The notes: a model not told the origin generated them from the sequence alone. Shown: positions 1 to 13,922, counted from the first letter of the stretch. The stretch is DNA of 64,000 nucleotides from Lingula anatina (GCA_051362555.1 CM120640.1:58010788-58074787); one strand, 5' to 3'. Numbers and translations are program-made.

Positions 1-929
1 CAGCACAGTGCATCCTTTAAAGATATATAGACTGCCCTGTTCTATTCAAAATCTTACCTAAATACCAACCCATGTAAATTTGGCTACAAATGTAACAAAA
101 ATGTTTCCCTAAATTCAAGCTTATGGCAAGTTAAGTGTTTTGGCTGAAACAGTAAAATTTCCTACAAAATCTTGATAGTATGGTGATCCAATTATGCCAG
201 ATATACTGCTTGCACAGGTTTCTCCAAACCTAATATTTTCATTTATTTTGAGCATGTGTTTCCGTGAGTAATTTCAAATGTTTCTACTGTTTGTGTAATT
301 AACTTTTATGGTTTTACTGTGATGCTGAGTCAGGCTGTGATGTAAACTTTGCAGTCAGTACCAACCAGGTACTGCTTATTTGAAACAGAATCCAGTATTT
401 GAAAGTATACACATTTATATTTATAAAATGAGTTTTTTCCCTTCACTTTTTGTTCAAATTCAGTTGCAACATTTTGTCAGTGATGATTCAAACTGAATGA
501 ATCCCGATAAATGAAATGCCTTTGTGGTGCTTGCTTTTTCTGTTATGTTTTTCCCTTTTAAAAAAAATGTTGATTTATTCATTCACTTCATAAGTTCCTT
601 CTTCTTATTATTATTTCTTTTTTTAGTTTTGTACTGCATGGAACAGTTATAGATTGACCTTACCAGTTGATGAATACATCCATCAATTTTTTTAAATGAG
701 CACACAATGAAACACCTTTTGGTGAAATAACTGACCAGAATACTTATAGGGTCCATTTTATCTAACACCAAAACCACCACAAATCCCCACATGCACACAC
801 CTACATTGATGTATTCTATGCAATTATTGTCTCTTGAAATGTCAGTCTAGCAAGCATTTTCTGATCTTCCCTTTTAAAGGTTCAAATGTTTTCAGCCAAA
901 ACACATTTTTGTGTCTTCTCTTATGACAG

Positions 930-1250
930 GTACTTCAAGAGATAGATGAACATGGCATCAAAATTTATGAGTTTCCGGACTGTGACAGTGATGAAGATGA
1001 AGACTTCAAACAACAAGACAAGGAACTCAAGGTATGTTAACCAAGATAAAAGGGAGATGAAATCTTACTTTTTTCCAATTAAACACTTTTACAGAGTTAT
1101 CCTGTCCTCAAACAATGACCCTACACCTGTGCTCTAGATTTATTTTTTTCAGTGAGAAACAAAAGCTTTCTATTTATTACAGACTATACTTTGCATCATA
1201 CTATATTTAATTCTTTAAATTCTTTTTTTCACCAGTGTGATATTTGGTTG

Positions 1251-1292
<42 letters not shown>

Positions 1293-2385
1293 TTACATAT
1301 ATTCTCTGGCTACATACTAGCTTGGATCCATTGTTTGGTGCAATTAAGATTGGAATTCAGATTTTTACACAGATTAATAAGTTTGTTGCTGTAAACTCCA
1401 CCAAACTGTTCAAGCGTTGATTCAGAAACTAAAGTTTCATTCTTTGGACTCTGAATTCAGAATGCAGCTCTATGAAAACCTCTCCCTAACTGACTGTCCA
1501 TGCATAGTTGTATGGAGCTGGCATTGTGATAACTTATCTGTGCCAGTATGTTCTAAAGGTCATTTAATTTAGATGACCAGACTTTACTCTCTTTAAGTAG
1601 AATTGTTTGTCTGAAATCAAAGCATTTAGTTGGGGAAAAATGCATGACGAAGCACCATTTTTTTATTCACTTGGTACAACATAAGTAAAGGTGTACATAA
1701 ACACCTGGAAATTGAATTATTATGGTTCAGTAGCTGTCAATGGGCAGCTTCTACATAAAAGGAAAATATTGCAGGTTTCCATTACTTGTCAGCCAGAATA
1801 TAACTTTTTCCAGAGAAAATGATTAATTTCCAGGGCAGCATTAGCTGTTTTGTTAGGGGATTTTTTGAGGTGATTAGTGGTGTAAAGTCACATCAGTTGC
1901 AATAAAATTAAAAAGCCAACAAGCTGTCTATGAGATTGATCATGCTTATTGCATACAGCAGCAACAATTTTCTAACAATGTATTGGGGGTGTTAACTACA
2001 CAGAATAGAAATAGCACCAGGAGAGGCAGATAATCCACTTGTTACACTTGTGACTGAGACAGGTGCCCCCCCCCCTCCTTCCCCAGGCTTCCTTCCCAAT
2101 GAATCTTAGAGCATTTCCTGAACTTAGTTTTATTATTTCATCATCATATAGTAGATTTGTAGGTAATTTGGATTCTCAATTAATTTGCCAAACTAGTTAA
2201 AAGGATAACAACTGTTCATTTTGGCCAAAAAATGAATTTCCTGGGGTAAATGCCAATTTCCTCATACTTACCAATGGTTAATGAATCCATTTCTACATTT
2301 GAAGTTCGTCCCTGTTTTTTTTTTTTTTCTAAAAATTTTTTTTTTAATTTTATTTTATTTTATTTTATTTTATTTTATTTTATTT

Positions 2386-2438
<53 letters not shown>

Positions 2439-4394
2439 TTTTTTATTTATTTATTTATTTTTTTTTTGTAATAATCTCTGTTCTTTTCCTTCTCTTTTAT
2501 AATTCAAATTTAATTCACTAAAGATTTTTTTTCTTTTATATTTCAGCTAGCCATCCCATTCTCTGTGATTGGCAGTAATACAGTACTGGAGGTGAATGGA
2601 AAGAAAATTAGAGGTAGACTTTATCCATGGGGCATAGTAGAAGGTAAAAGTGGATTATATGTGAATGTTCTTTTTTTTTTTTTTAATATTTACTTAAGAA
2701 ACAATGAAACTAAGAAATATTTATATGTTTAATTGGTAATGTCAGAAATGTAGCATTTTTTATTTTATTTTATTTTATTTTTTCGGTGACATTAGATCTC
2801 TATCCCTAAGGCAAGTATGCTGCTGTTGAAAGTCTGTTTCTCTGTTAGTTATGTCCATATAAAACCATGGGAAGATTATTTACATCAGAATGTTATGTAA
2901 ATACCATTGTTTTTCAGTGGACAATCCCAAACATTGTGACTTTTTAAAGCTCCGTCAGATGTTAATCAGGTATGTTTTGTTTATACCGAAGATGTGTGCA
3001 AATAAAGGTAGTAAAGGTAGTACACATAAAATTTGATTTTTATTACCTCTGCCAAGGAGGTTATGTTTTTACCCTTGTTTGCCTGTCTGTCTTTCTTTAT
3101 GTCTGTCTGTCTGTTTGTTTGTCATCAACATAACTCAAAAAGTTTTGGACTGATTTTGATGAAATTTTCAGGGTAGGTCAGAAATGGGTTAACTTAGAAG
3201 TGATTAGTTTTTGGTAGTGATCTGGATCAATAATCAATAAATAATCAATAATAATAATAAAAAATTGCTGTCTTGGCGGAAGTGTGCGCTCTTGGAGTGC
3301 TTTTCTAGTTACCTATGGTGCAGCCAAGTAGGTTTATGAGTCATAGATTAAACCTTCTTCTGACTTTCTTCTTCTTCTGACTTTTTGCCAGTAAGCAATA
3401 TCTGTTATGGGTTCTATTAGGTCTAGTCCTAGTGCAATGCTTGTTATCATTTCTCTTGATAAAATTTTATGATTACTTCTGAATAGGTGCATTATTTCTA
3501 CAATTTTCTGTTGTAGCACTCACATGCAAGATCTAAAAGATGTCACCCAAGATGTTCATTATGAAAACTACAGAGCTCAGCACATTTCAGAGGAAAATAA
3601 GAGAGATTTACAAAGAGAAAGGTTTGTAGGGGTGCCCTGTATCCTCAACTGTCATGCCTTTGTCTGAAATTACTGTCACGTAACACTAAAGAAACAGATT
3701 TTTTTTTTGTAAACTGAAACTGTATACATTTTATTAAGCATTCTTAAAATCTTTTTGTTTCTTATCATTTTTATCAAGAGATGCCTCTGCAGATTATAAT
3801 TTTCTTAAAACATTAAGAAATTTGAAATTATTTTTCATTATTTTAACTTCATCATTACTGATGCAAATAATTCAACAAATATATGCAATACACGTGTGTA
3901 ATTCAGTATGTAGACTTGTTGTTAATAAAAAAAGTTTATTCTATTTCAGGAAGTTAAAAAGAGAGTCATGCACAAGTTTAGATGGTGTTGTTGATGCAGA
4001 TAGGCTTCTTCAGCAAAAAGACGAAGAGGTAAAGTAAATTTTAATGAGCGATCAGTGCATAACAAGTCAGAATGCACAATGCATTGAAATGCATTTTTGT
4101 GATGTAACTATAATTTGTTGTTTTTATTTATTTATGTATTTATTGTGAAAATTTAGAAAATTCTGTGCAGTCAAAATAATAGAATTCACTTTGCATTTAG
4201 ATAATGGAAAACTATTGAAAGATGGCTTTGCTCAATTGCAGTTAAAGGGTGATAATGATTGCAATCATTAAACTTGGAGAATGTAACATTTTTACTTTTC
4301 TTTTAACTAGATTCGAAGAATGCAGGAAATGCTGAAACAAATGCAGGAACAGCTTCATGTATCAGGAGGAAGGGCCAATGGGACAGCTTGCTGA
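930..4394 (+). CDS. SEPT4/5: Septin, SEPT2 group (SEPT4/SEPT5-like), 3' part; exons 930-1031, 2547-2643, 2918-2969, 3517-3621, 3950-4028, 4311-4394 (TGA); 5' exons lie left of the window
   Basis: Six AG/GT-bounded exons join in frame (519 nt) to give [105 protein letters not shown]...[25 protein letters not shown]...AC*. This contains the septin unique element ([26 protein letters not shown]) and the short C-terminal coiled coil. [16 protein letters not shown] and YENYRAQ are SEPT4/5-like. Confidence 0.95.
1251..1291 (+). repeat. (ATT)n microsatellite in septin intron
   Basis: Directly visible; it causes the poly-Ile ORF 1152-1394. Confidence 0.95.
2340..2468 (+). repeat. (TTTTA)n/(TTTA)n low-complexity tract in septin intron
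   Basis: Directly visible; it causes spurious ORFs 2250-2471 and 2281-2502. Confidence 0.95.
3041..3308 (+). mobile_element. Short non-autonomous Helentron/DINE-1-like element (HINE) in septin intron
   Basis: Starts after a T-run with TATTACCTCTGCCAAGGAGG, followed by a (GTCT)n microsatellite, a 3' subterminal inverted copy CTTGGCGGAAG (about 3272-3282), a small hairpin (GCGCTC-TTG-GAGTGC) and a CTAG-TT end. This is the canonical DINE-1/HINE layout. Confidence 0.8.
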
Positions 4395-5431
4395 AAGAAT
4401 TCCAGATGATGTGAAACTGTAGTTTATTTAACTTCTTTATGTTATAGGAAGAAAGGAGTTGGACAGAAATACTCTTGAGAGTAGTATGTTATTTGACATG
4501 ATCAGTAAAGATGCATGACTTAATTTTTCTGTTGATACAGATTGGTATATAAAAAAATTGCATGGATTTCTATATGTCATTGAATAAACTTCTTCAAGTT
4601 CTTCTTATAATATGTGTATTTTAACATAAGATTACTATAAAAGTGAGTTCATGTATGAGCAATGCTATAACAGCACCACCAAGATACGATTTTCACATAT
4701 CACAATGTTCATAAGAATACATACAAATACAGATAGAATGAAATTATGATAATGTTTTGGAACAGAACAAAGATTATCACAACATGGGAAGGCTTCAGAA
4801 ATTATAAATCGAACAAATGGTTGCATTCTTCCTTGTGTATTTTTTATTTCTATTCACCCAAGGTAATATGTAAAATATTTTCCTTTTTTTCCTCTTAGTG
4901 TTAGGTACCTTGATATCAGCATTGTAAATATTACAGTGACTTAGATTATAGAGACATGGACAACACTGACACCTCCAAACTATGTGAAGCAATATGGAGA
5001 CAAAGTAGTTCAGTTTGCTCCCGCGTGTCCCAGTATTTCTATTACCCATTTGTCACCATGCAGGCAATTAAGAAGGAAAAAAGTATAATCCCAAATAAGT
5101 GCACACTACATAAAAGCCCCTACTGCATAACTGTTCAAGTTGTTCCAGTAAATAACTTTTCAGGATGGAAAAGTTATTAAAAAGATAAAATTATATTTTG
5201 GTGTATATTTGTATAATCAGTTTTTAAAACAACTGCTTTGTAAATTATTGTCAAATGACACATTTAGCTGATGCCAATCACTTGAGGGCACAGGGGAAGA
5301 GGAAATAAATGCATGTGAATGGGGATTTGAATTGCCAAACTGCTATGAGAACTGATAGACAAGAATAGGTTGTAATTAGCTAACAAATATATCTGTATTG
5401 ATAAGTGTATACGTTACATATATGTACTAGA

Positions 5432-5437
5432 AATAAA
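5432..5437 (+). terminator. Candidate septin polyadenylation signal AATAAA
   Basis: AATAAA about 1 kb after the stop, followed by a GT/T-rich downstream element, at the edge of the CpG-poor domain. An earlier AATAAA near 4583 is an alternative. Confidence 0.45.
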
Positions 5438-5739
5438 AAAGTGTACTATTTAACCACTCCTGTGTTAATTTTTTATTCTTATCCTGATAACAATAATCTA
5501 GGAACATTAGCCTAGGTACCCCATTTGAATGGGCTACAAATCAGATCATCAGAACTCCCCCCCCCCCCCCCCCCCCACTCCCACCCTCTCCTCCAACAGA
5601 GGAATTCCTCCATCCCCTTATATGCAAACCATTAAGCAGTCTTTTGATGGTAAAATATTGTGCAATTTTGTTAGATATGTCACCATGTTAACATACCTCA
5701 CAGGAAAAACAAATACTATATTTTCAATAGTTACTTTGG

Positions 5740-6362
5740 TTGGATTACCCGTGTCTGACCATGTCATCGCTGTCATATTCCAACACATTTGTTTGCCACA
5801 TAATACCCCACTTGGAATGCACTTCGAAAGTTTTTGACATGAGCAAAACATTCGAGCCGACCACAAGAATGGGTAAAAATATTTGAAATGCACTCGGAAT
5901 TTTTAGAATGCTCTTTGAATATCCAGGAATGCACAAAGAATTGTCTTTCCGACGGCATTCTTGCTCATTCCGCCTCTAGTGTGACGGGGGTATAAAATCC
6001 CGCCAGAATGTTTCGAATGTGCCTCGGATGAGCTGAAATATTAATTTTGCCAGCAATCGAACTACACTAGTACGCCATTCAAAGTATATTCTAAATATTC
6101 TTACTGCCTTCTGACAGCATAATAGATATTCCTAGTTTTCCAATTACATTCGAACTGTATTTGAGAGCTAATACAGCCGAAAGTGAACTTATCATTCCAG
6201 GAGAATTCAAGCGCATTCTGTGTATTCCAACGGTACTCTTACAAGAATTAAGGTCAATTTGAACTTTTTTCCCCGAATGTGGTGCGAATTTTTAAAATTC
6301 TTCATTCAGCCTCATTCTTCTTAATTCCTGCTGATTCCGATTAAGTGTGACGTGGGTATAAA
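5740..6362. mobile_element. Two tandem degraded DNA-transposon ends
   Basis: A roughly 40-bp terminus ATTC(T/C)TGCT(C/G)ATTCCG...AGTGTGACG(G/T)GGGTATAAA occurs twice (ending 5996 and 6362), each preceded by sequence rich in GAAT/ATTC motifs. Confidence 0.5.
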
Positions 6363-7145
6363 TGCCAGACTATTTCTGCATCACTTTGAGGGCAGGTTGA
6401 GTTTGAAAAACAATATTGGTTAAATTAGTTTCTGTAAAGTGACAGTATATTTGTCAGCTTTGCTGTCTAGCTCTTGCAATACTTAGCTATGTAAACTGAT
6501 CGAAATGAACTCATGAAATTTTGAATTATAAAAAAACAATCCAATATCATGCTTTATCCAAAATTCATTTAGAATTTAAATAGGGCTATTATCTCATATA
6601 AAAAACTTTTTATATAGGAACAACAAGTAGTCAAAACTATTTAGAGCTCAAAACAAGTTTATTGATAGTAATTTTTTCGATAGAGTATTCCTTGGTGATA
6701 AAAGGAAAATTGCTAAAATTACCAGGGAAAATTTGCAATGTAGTATAGGTCGTATCAAGAATATATTACTGGATTTATGCATATATCTTTAAATTAATTT
6801 GCTTGTATCAGAATCGGTATTTAAACAGTGAAACAATAGGACAGCTGGTCGTTATAGTTTGATTGTAGCAATAAAAATCAATTTACCATAGTAAAATGTG
6901 TGACGAATGCCAATTCATCTTAACTTCCACTAGAAATCTGTGATACTGATCATGAACCATTTTCTGATAAACTTTCGAGTACAACAAAAACAGAAACCGC
7001 ATTTGCTGACATCGTGTTTCTTCAAAATATGCTTTCAGGATTCCTTACATTAAAGGGGTTCGATTCGTAATTCTTTATCCACTTAAATATATGGAAATAA
7101 ACAGTGTCAACTTATGTCGAGGTAATCCTGACACATTGTACACAC

Positions 7146-7700
7146 ATCAGGGGGAATCTGCTAATTTCGAGCTGATGATGTAACACCGGAATTTTTTGGG
7201 TGAAAACTGTGGTATCGACCCCAAAGAGATCTCCCTCGCCTGAACAGCTATTATTGCCATTCGAACGCCTATTAAATCACAACAAGTTGGTGCTAGCAAA
7301 TTTACTTGAATGCCTCACTACTGATTTTATCAGTAAAGAAGCGAAATGATGCCCTTGTGAACGGAACATCAATACCGTAATAAGTGGCCCATACCTAAAA
7401 CAATCAAAGTAAAAACAAACGATGGCACTGGATTGTAGTTTACATCCTAGTCTTCAACAATGCTAATTTTGGTGTTCATATCTTACTTGGTTATTGCGTT
7501 ACCTATCGCTTTCTCCATCAATTTGCAAAGCAACTATACATAGAGCATTTACGCTGATGGAACATGAAAGCAGAAGTGGGTGAAATGGTATCAATAAAAC
7601 GGCAAAAATCGAGCTTTAACCCTAAAAGTGTTAATTTTTATTGCACTAATATACGGAATATTTTATAAAAGGAAAAAGGGTATTTTGTTAAATGCAGGCG
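7146..7700 (+). repeat. Old interspersed repeat, copy 1 (copy 2 at about 14777-15366)
   Basis: Collinear shared blocks between the two copies: GCTAA.T.CGAGCT.ATGA.GTAACA, GCTAGCAAA.TTTA, TTTTATCAGTAA.GA.GC.AAAT, TGGCAC..GATTGTA.TT, TTTTTATTGCACTAATATA. Confidence 0.7.
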
Positions 7701-7767
7701 TGAATAAAGCATAAAACCCCATTAATGGTATTTTTCTTCACCAGTCATTAATCAATTCAACGTGCAT

Positions 7768-8020
7768 CAGTGGCGGATTTAGAGAGGGGGTCAGGGGGGG
7801 TCCTGACCCCCCCCCCTTCGATTTCTGGTCCCCTCTTGTAATTAGAATTTTGACTAGCTGAATCATAGTTCTAAACCGTACCAAATGGCACCGTTCGCCC
7901 TCTAAAATACCAAAAATTTCTGGGGCCCTTCAGCGGGCCCTCAACCTCCCCGCCAAATGGGGGGAGGGGTCCTTTTCGCATCCGTGGACCCCCCTTCAAA
8001 TAATCCTGGATCCGCCCCTG
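7768..8020. mobile_element. hAT-like MITE
   Basis: TIRs CAGTGGCGGAT / ATCCGCCCCTG, G/C-run-rich interior, and a degenerate 8-bp TSD (ACGTGCAT vs CTGTGCAC, 5/8). Confidence 0.75.
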
Positions 8021-11000
8021 CTGTGCACCATGATGGCAATCGAGATCACGGACATGCATTTCAATTTTATATCCTTAAAGCATGGTAATAGAAAATTGAT
8101 TGCGATTGTGCAATTAAGCAAATTGTAATATTGCATCTAAATTGACAAAGAAATTTTAACTCCATCAGAAGAGATCCGTTTTGGTTTATTCCACAGTCTT
8201 CTCAAATAATCTTAATGATGCTGCACAACAAAGAAAATTCAAATCTTACGCTTGAGAAACCTTTGAACATTGTGTAGGAGAAAATTATTATCAGCATGTA
8301 GATTTCCCAGTTTGTACAGTTTTCACGTGATATACCCAATGCCTTGCGTTGATATAACCAATGCCTTGTTTCTGCTTTGGTGATATGGAAATGATTCTTC
8401 TCAAACTAGCAACCAGTCTCTAACCCACCATTCCAATTGATATATTGGCATTGTATATTATAAAACCCAATGTCTTTAGAATGATACAGTGTCAGGAAGT
8501 TTTCAAGCTATGCAGCATGTGGCAGTGCAGGGCGCCTAGTTCTGCGAGGTTAAAAACTTCAGATAAAAAGAAAGTTATTTGATCATAATTTTATATACGT
8601 ATAGATAGATAGATTTCCCCCCAAAACTACATTACTGGTAGTGCCTACAGATTTGTAATAACTATCAGGGGTCTTTCACTGAAATATAAGCAATTGTAGG
8701 GTGTACATTTGTATGAATTTGACTGATATTGGAGAAAAATGACAAGTCTGCAAATGGATATGAAAAAGAATACAAGTTATACAAAGATTGATTGTGCGTG
8801 TTTTCCAGTCTCCCAGAGAGTAATTTTAGTCACACACGAAGGTGTAAAATAAGTAAAAATACATAAGATTACCACATTCCGTTCCATGCGTACCGTCTAT
8901 GGGGAATGACTATTTTGTTTTATTGACATGTTTATGGACATCAAATATAATATGATTTGGCAAGAAAGGTCAACAGGACCGCTCAATTAACTGTGTAATT
9001 TCCAGATAATTAAATGGGGTACGTAAATATACCCTTCACGATAACTAATAATACATTCTTAATGGAAATCGATGATATTATGTTAGGAAACTGCATGCCC
9101 TTTCCTCAATGAAAGAAAAAGTGTGAGCCAAGCTTTTCAAGACAAAACGGACAAGTTCCGTGAGACGCCAGTTATAGGCTTCTGTTTTTGTCTTCTTATT
9201 TGCAAACCTGAAATTAATAACTTATATCACCAATAACTCTATAATTACTCTCTATCTTTCGTGTACTTACATCCTTAATATTTGATTCTTTTTGATGAAT
9301 GGAAAGGAAAGGGAGACGGGTTTGAAGACCCTTTGATATTTTGCACCATTGATCAACTTTGTTTTTCTCGTTTTTAACATATGAAACAAACTTAAACGGA
9401 TTCATGTCCGTCTACTTCACTGAACTCACGTCAGGTTACGTGAAATGTGTCAAATGCAAAACAAATATTACTCGCACAAGAATTCAAATAGCTTTTGTCT
9501 CACTTAAAACTCCCCAACCTCTGAATGACACAGAAGCCGTATCGTAGACGAAGCTTGATTCACAAACAAGCAAGCGCCAAGAGAGAACGGATATTGCTAA
9601 CCCGGCACGGCTTCTTACAGACGTAAAGAGAATGGTTTAACGGGTCTTACTCAATTGCGTAAATCTTTTTAATTCAACCAGCGACTGGGGGTCGACACTG
9701 TGTCGTCGCTGGGTCTGATAAATAACCTCGGTGAACGTGCAACTCTTCCCTTTACGTGGATGCAATAAGAGGGTGTACTGAGGAGTTAGACTTGGAAGGA
9801 ACCAACTAACCAACCTGAAAGACTGGCAAAACAGGTAAGTCTGAACGGAAGGATACATGGATATAATATTGAACTGTTCGAGGTTATGTCTAGTATAAAC
9901 AGAGGTTTTTGATATATACCTTGTACATAATTTTTGAAATATTATTTGCTTTCATACCCTACTTCGAGGTATGTGACCGATGCATCATGCATATGTTCAA
10001 TAGAACTATGTCTAGCTAAAAACCTATGGGCTTTCAATATTCTCAGAGGTTTTTAGCTACCACATACAATAAAAATTACTTTTGCCGCAAAAGATATAGA
10101 AAGTTGCTTCAAGCATATAAAAATCCGTTATAAATCTACGTGGGATATATTTTTTTCTGAAAATTCAAAAATGTGATTTGAAAATATGTTTTAAAAACAA
10201 TTTCCATAAAATTCTATTTAAACCTCGGACTGTTATTTTCCAACGCCTAAGGTATTAGAGACATAGTCGTAATTAGGCAAACCCCAGGCATGCCGAGTGT
10301 TTGTCCGCTGATATTAGTGTCAGCTTATCCAATAGTATTTTCCAAAGCAAAGACTTCAGGGTCATAACAGCGACCCAAGTTGCCTAACAGGATTTAACTG
10401 AAGTCATTTTATTTGCTGTGAGGTAATTTGTGGCGTTTTGTAATTGTTACACCCTGCGTCACGAGGAGCCTTTAGCACCTATTATCTTCCCAGGTTTTAG
10501 TTCAGGTCTTTATATTACGTAATTATTTTCACATTTGTGCATTTTATCGAAAAAAAAACCGAAAAGAGTACAGGTGAATTTTCAAAAACATATATTTTTT
10601 TTCACTTGGAAAATGTTATTTCACACTGTATGATCATGTACAGGTAAATGTTTGAAGCCGATGTATTCTGTACATTGGATGATTGTCTTCACGATGCCTC
10701 GTTCTTGCCAAGAGCCAGCTTAATTTGGGTCATGGCTTCATATTTCACATCAGCTCACATCATCTCATTAAGAATCTAACACCTGTAAGAAGCAGATTAG
10801 AAACCCGAAGTGACTGCTATACAACAATATAACGTTGCACGTCACGAAATTGAAACGCAAATGCAATTTCAAAATGTTGTATATACACCACATTTAAGGA
10901 ATATGGTCAAAAAAATCGTTTTGAATTCATTGATTCTGCAGTAAGTCCCTATATCGTGTCCACATTATGATTAAAGGAATAACAACACTTCACACGAGAT

Positions 11001-11733
11001 TCATAAATTCACAGTAAATACATTATGAGCAACACATAGAAATATAATAAAATTCCATTTTACCACCAGCACGGCGGTTATCGCAATTATTCTGAAATCT
11101 GTGCCATCGGATCACGTGGACCTTTATAGATGGCTACCCTCCGTAATAATCTCTTAAGAGATTTTTACAAAAAACAAACTTAAAAAACCAAGCAGCTAAC
11201 TTTGAATGTCGGAACGGATTCATTAACCATTGGTAATTATGGAAACGTCGTCGTTTACCCCAGGAAAATCGGTTTTATGGCACTTTCCCGGTCAAAATGA
11301 AGAGTGGTTATCCCTTTAAAAATCTACCGCTTCTGAAGTGCTTTTATACGGAGAATAACATAAACGTGCAATCACAAAGTCAATAGCAATTTTTGTTCAT
11401 TACGTCATTCTATTCTGTCTTATTATATAATAGTAATGTAAGTCCACCCACTGATGTAAAGAGGGCGAAGAGACCACTGTTGCACCTTAACTGAACTCTT
11501 ATAATGGCGGTTAGAGGGTTAAAAGCGAACAGTGAATGAAATCTCAAGGGGAGATGAACAAGTCAGTTCGAGGTCTTCTGTAGCCATTGTTTTTATCCAA
11601 ACAGCAGCATTGGACTCTGTGGTAGCTAATATAACCCCTTTCCTCTTTTATTTATTCTTACAAAAGTTTTTTAAAAAGATAAAGAATAATTTCTTTTGCT
11701 GGATTCGAGCACTTTCTTTCTTTTGCAGTGTTA

Positions 11734-11987
11734 GGGACCATTCCCAGACCCTATCGTACTAACTGCGGATCGAACTCCGAGGGGATTCTCGCTAAATTGC
11801 AATCAACTTGAGGGGCTTTGGTGTCTGTCACGCCTAACTGAAGCTGCTAAGGGGTAATTAAATATCGTTTAGCAGCTTCAGTATGCGTGCCAGGCATCTA
11901 AGCTGCTTAAGCTGAAAGAAATCTAGTGAGAAACCCCTCGGAGATGGATCGATCCTGTTAGATCGATCTAGGTGTGGGAAACCAGTC
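11734..11987. mobile_element. Palindromic PIF/Harbinger (Tourist-like) MITE, copy 1
   Basis: Long imperfect palindrome (ACTGAAGCTGCTAA / TTAGCAGCTTCAGT; CTCCGAGGGG / CCCCTCGGAG), TTA on both flanks, and subterminal sequence shared with the element at 12310-12546. Confidence 0.7.
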
Positions 11988-12309
11988 TTACCCAATGTAC
12001 TATTTCATGTAAGTCAAGTAGGTCTGGCACACCTTTTTGATAAAAACTACAATAGGATAGGAGCTGAAAACTAGGACAGATGGCAAACACAATGTCATAT
12101 AGCACAAAGTCTCGCGACTTAACGTAAAATCAAGCAAGATTTTGCTGCCCAAAATAATGGCAGATTAGCGAGTGCGGCGCGGCAACAAATAAAGGCAATC
12201 ATTTAAAAATTGAACCTAACTCACGCAAATTCTCGCACATTTTGTAGTGTCATGCGGTGTCGACAACTCCTTTTAGGCCATTTCATATAATCCCCATTTA
12301 AACTCCTTA

Positions 12310-12546
12310 GGGCTCATTCCCAATATAACAATCGATCCAACTCTGCGGGGAGTCTCGCTGAATGCAATCAGTCTGACAGATTAGCACGCCTCCTCCTGGC
12401 TTTCGATAGCTGGTGATTATAGCAGTGCATTGGGAACAAGAGGAGGCGTGTTTTAAAATCTGCTAATCTGATTGCATTCAGCAAGAGTTCCCGCGGAGTT
12501 GGTTCGATCTCCGTAGAATTATTAGGTTAACATTAGGAATAAGCCC
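12310..12546. mobile_element. Palindromic PIF/Harbinger (Tourist-like) MITE, copy 2
   Basis: TIRs GGGCTCATTCC / GGAATAAGCCC, TTA TSD on both sides (12307-12309, 12547-12549), and internal inverted repeats (GCTGAATGCAATCAG / CTGATTGCATTCAGC; CACGCCTCCTC / GAGGAGGCGTG). Confidence 0.85.
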
Positions 12547-13654
12547 TTAGTTTTCAGTGGGAAATCAGCATATTTATTCTACATGGCAATTTGATCATAA
12601 TGTATTCATTATTATGTCTCAAAAGACACTAATGATATGTGCGTATCATTCCTAGGATTTCCTTTACTACCGAACGCAAAGCACGGATGTATGGAGTCCA
12701 GTGTATCCGCTGTTTCAAAATGAACCCAGGTTTCTGTTATCATACTCTGTTCTGATTAATTATCTCCATTGTTTACAACAACAACAAAATGCTTGAAGTC
12801 ACTGTCATGCAAGTCCAACCCTGAAGGACAATAGTTTAAAAATGTAATGTGTTGTTCGTCAAATTGCCGAACATTTATTTCTCATTAGAGATTAATTAAG
12901 TAAATAATAAAAACCATAACGCGGGGAGATTCTGGATCTAGACTTACGATTTTTACTTTTTTTAGTTGTCTTTGTAATTTATCAGTCTAGACAAGTTGAC
13001 TGCATTGTATATGCTAAGGTTCCATTCTACCTTTGCCACGTGAACATCTTAAACGCAATTGACATTCGAATCCGCTTCTGGGTATAATGTTGCTGCTTGA
13101 TCGTACCACATTTTACCATTTTAAACATTCGAGTAATTTCTTTGTTCTTCCTTTTCTTAAATCTTCCTGTTATCTATTGGATAGACTGTGCTTTTGTCTT
13201 AAAGGCATCCCTCATGCTTCTAAGATAATAAGATTAATAACCCTGCTCAAAATTGCATTTTCTTGGAAGTGAAATTGTAAGGCATGCATGCATCCGTTCA
13301 CCAAGTTTGAACTGAATTAATAATACCACCTGCCGTTGCAGAGCAAATCGGTCTCTATTTCACAACTTTGTATACAGTTAGTTTATTTTGATTTCCCCCA
13401 TTTGAAGTAACCAATAAAATAACAAAATCCAGACCAAAAATGTATCTGAGTAACCAATGAGCACGCATCACGTACAGATAGCGTTCATCATTAAAAGTCA
13501 AAGGGCGTAGTAAAACTGAAAACAAGATAGCGCTTTGGGAAAAACATTTAGTTTGAATGGCCGTTTTCATTTGGATTTCGGATTTGTCGATAATGCTCCG
13601 TTTCCGCTTGCTATCATTAGACTGTCCGAGAGTAACAAAGAGATTCGCCTATAC

Positions 13655-13800
13655 CTTACCTACCGAGTATCCACCTCAACAGTGGAAGGACGTTGGTTCG
13701 ACCCCGTCTGGGGATATGCCAGTCCTTCCTTAACTGTACCTGCTGTCGCCACTTAGTACTTACGGGTTGTAGCAGGATTAAAATCAGAAAGTACTACCCT
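13655..13800 (+). mobile_element. Degraded tRNA-derived SINE fragment
   Basis: B-box-like GGTTCGACCC at 13695-13704 in a tRNA-head-like context (GGAAGGACGTTGGTTCGACCCCG), followed by GTACCTGCTG. No intact cloverleaf or A box. Confidence 0.4.
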
Positions 13801-13922
13801 TTGCATGGGTCACAGATTTGTTTTTAACTAGTGTTAACAGAAGTCTCTGTCTAATTCCATACACTTTTCTGTACTGTGAGAATTCATGTATAGAAAATCT
13901 AAGTCATCACGCAGTTGGTAAG

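Noticed and set aside
480-560. C-box-like GTGATGA in septin intron suggesting a C/D snoRNA
   Set aside because: No D box (CTGA) at a suitable distance and no terminal stem.
4380-4394. Septin ends in Cys (GTAC*), possible prenylation signal
   Set aside because: Not a CaaX, CC or CxC motif.
13655-13800. Functional tRNA gene
   Set aside because: Only a B-box-like motif; no cloverleaf can be built, so it is treated as a SINE relic.
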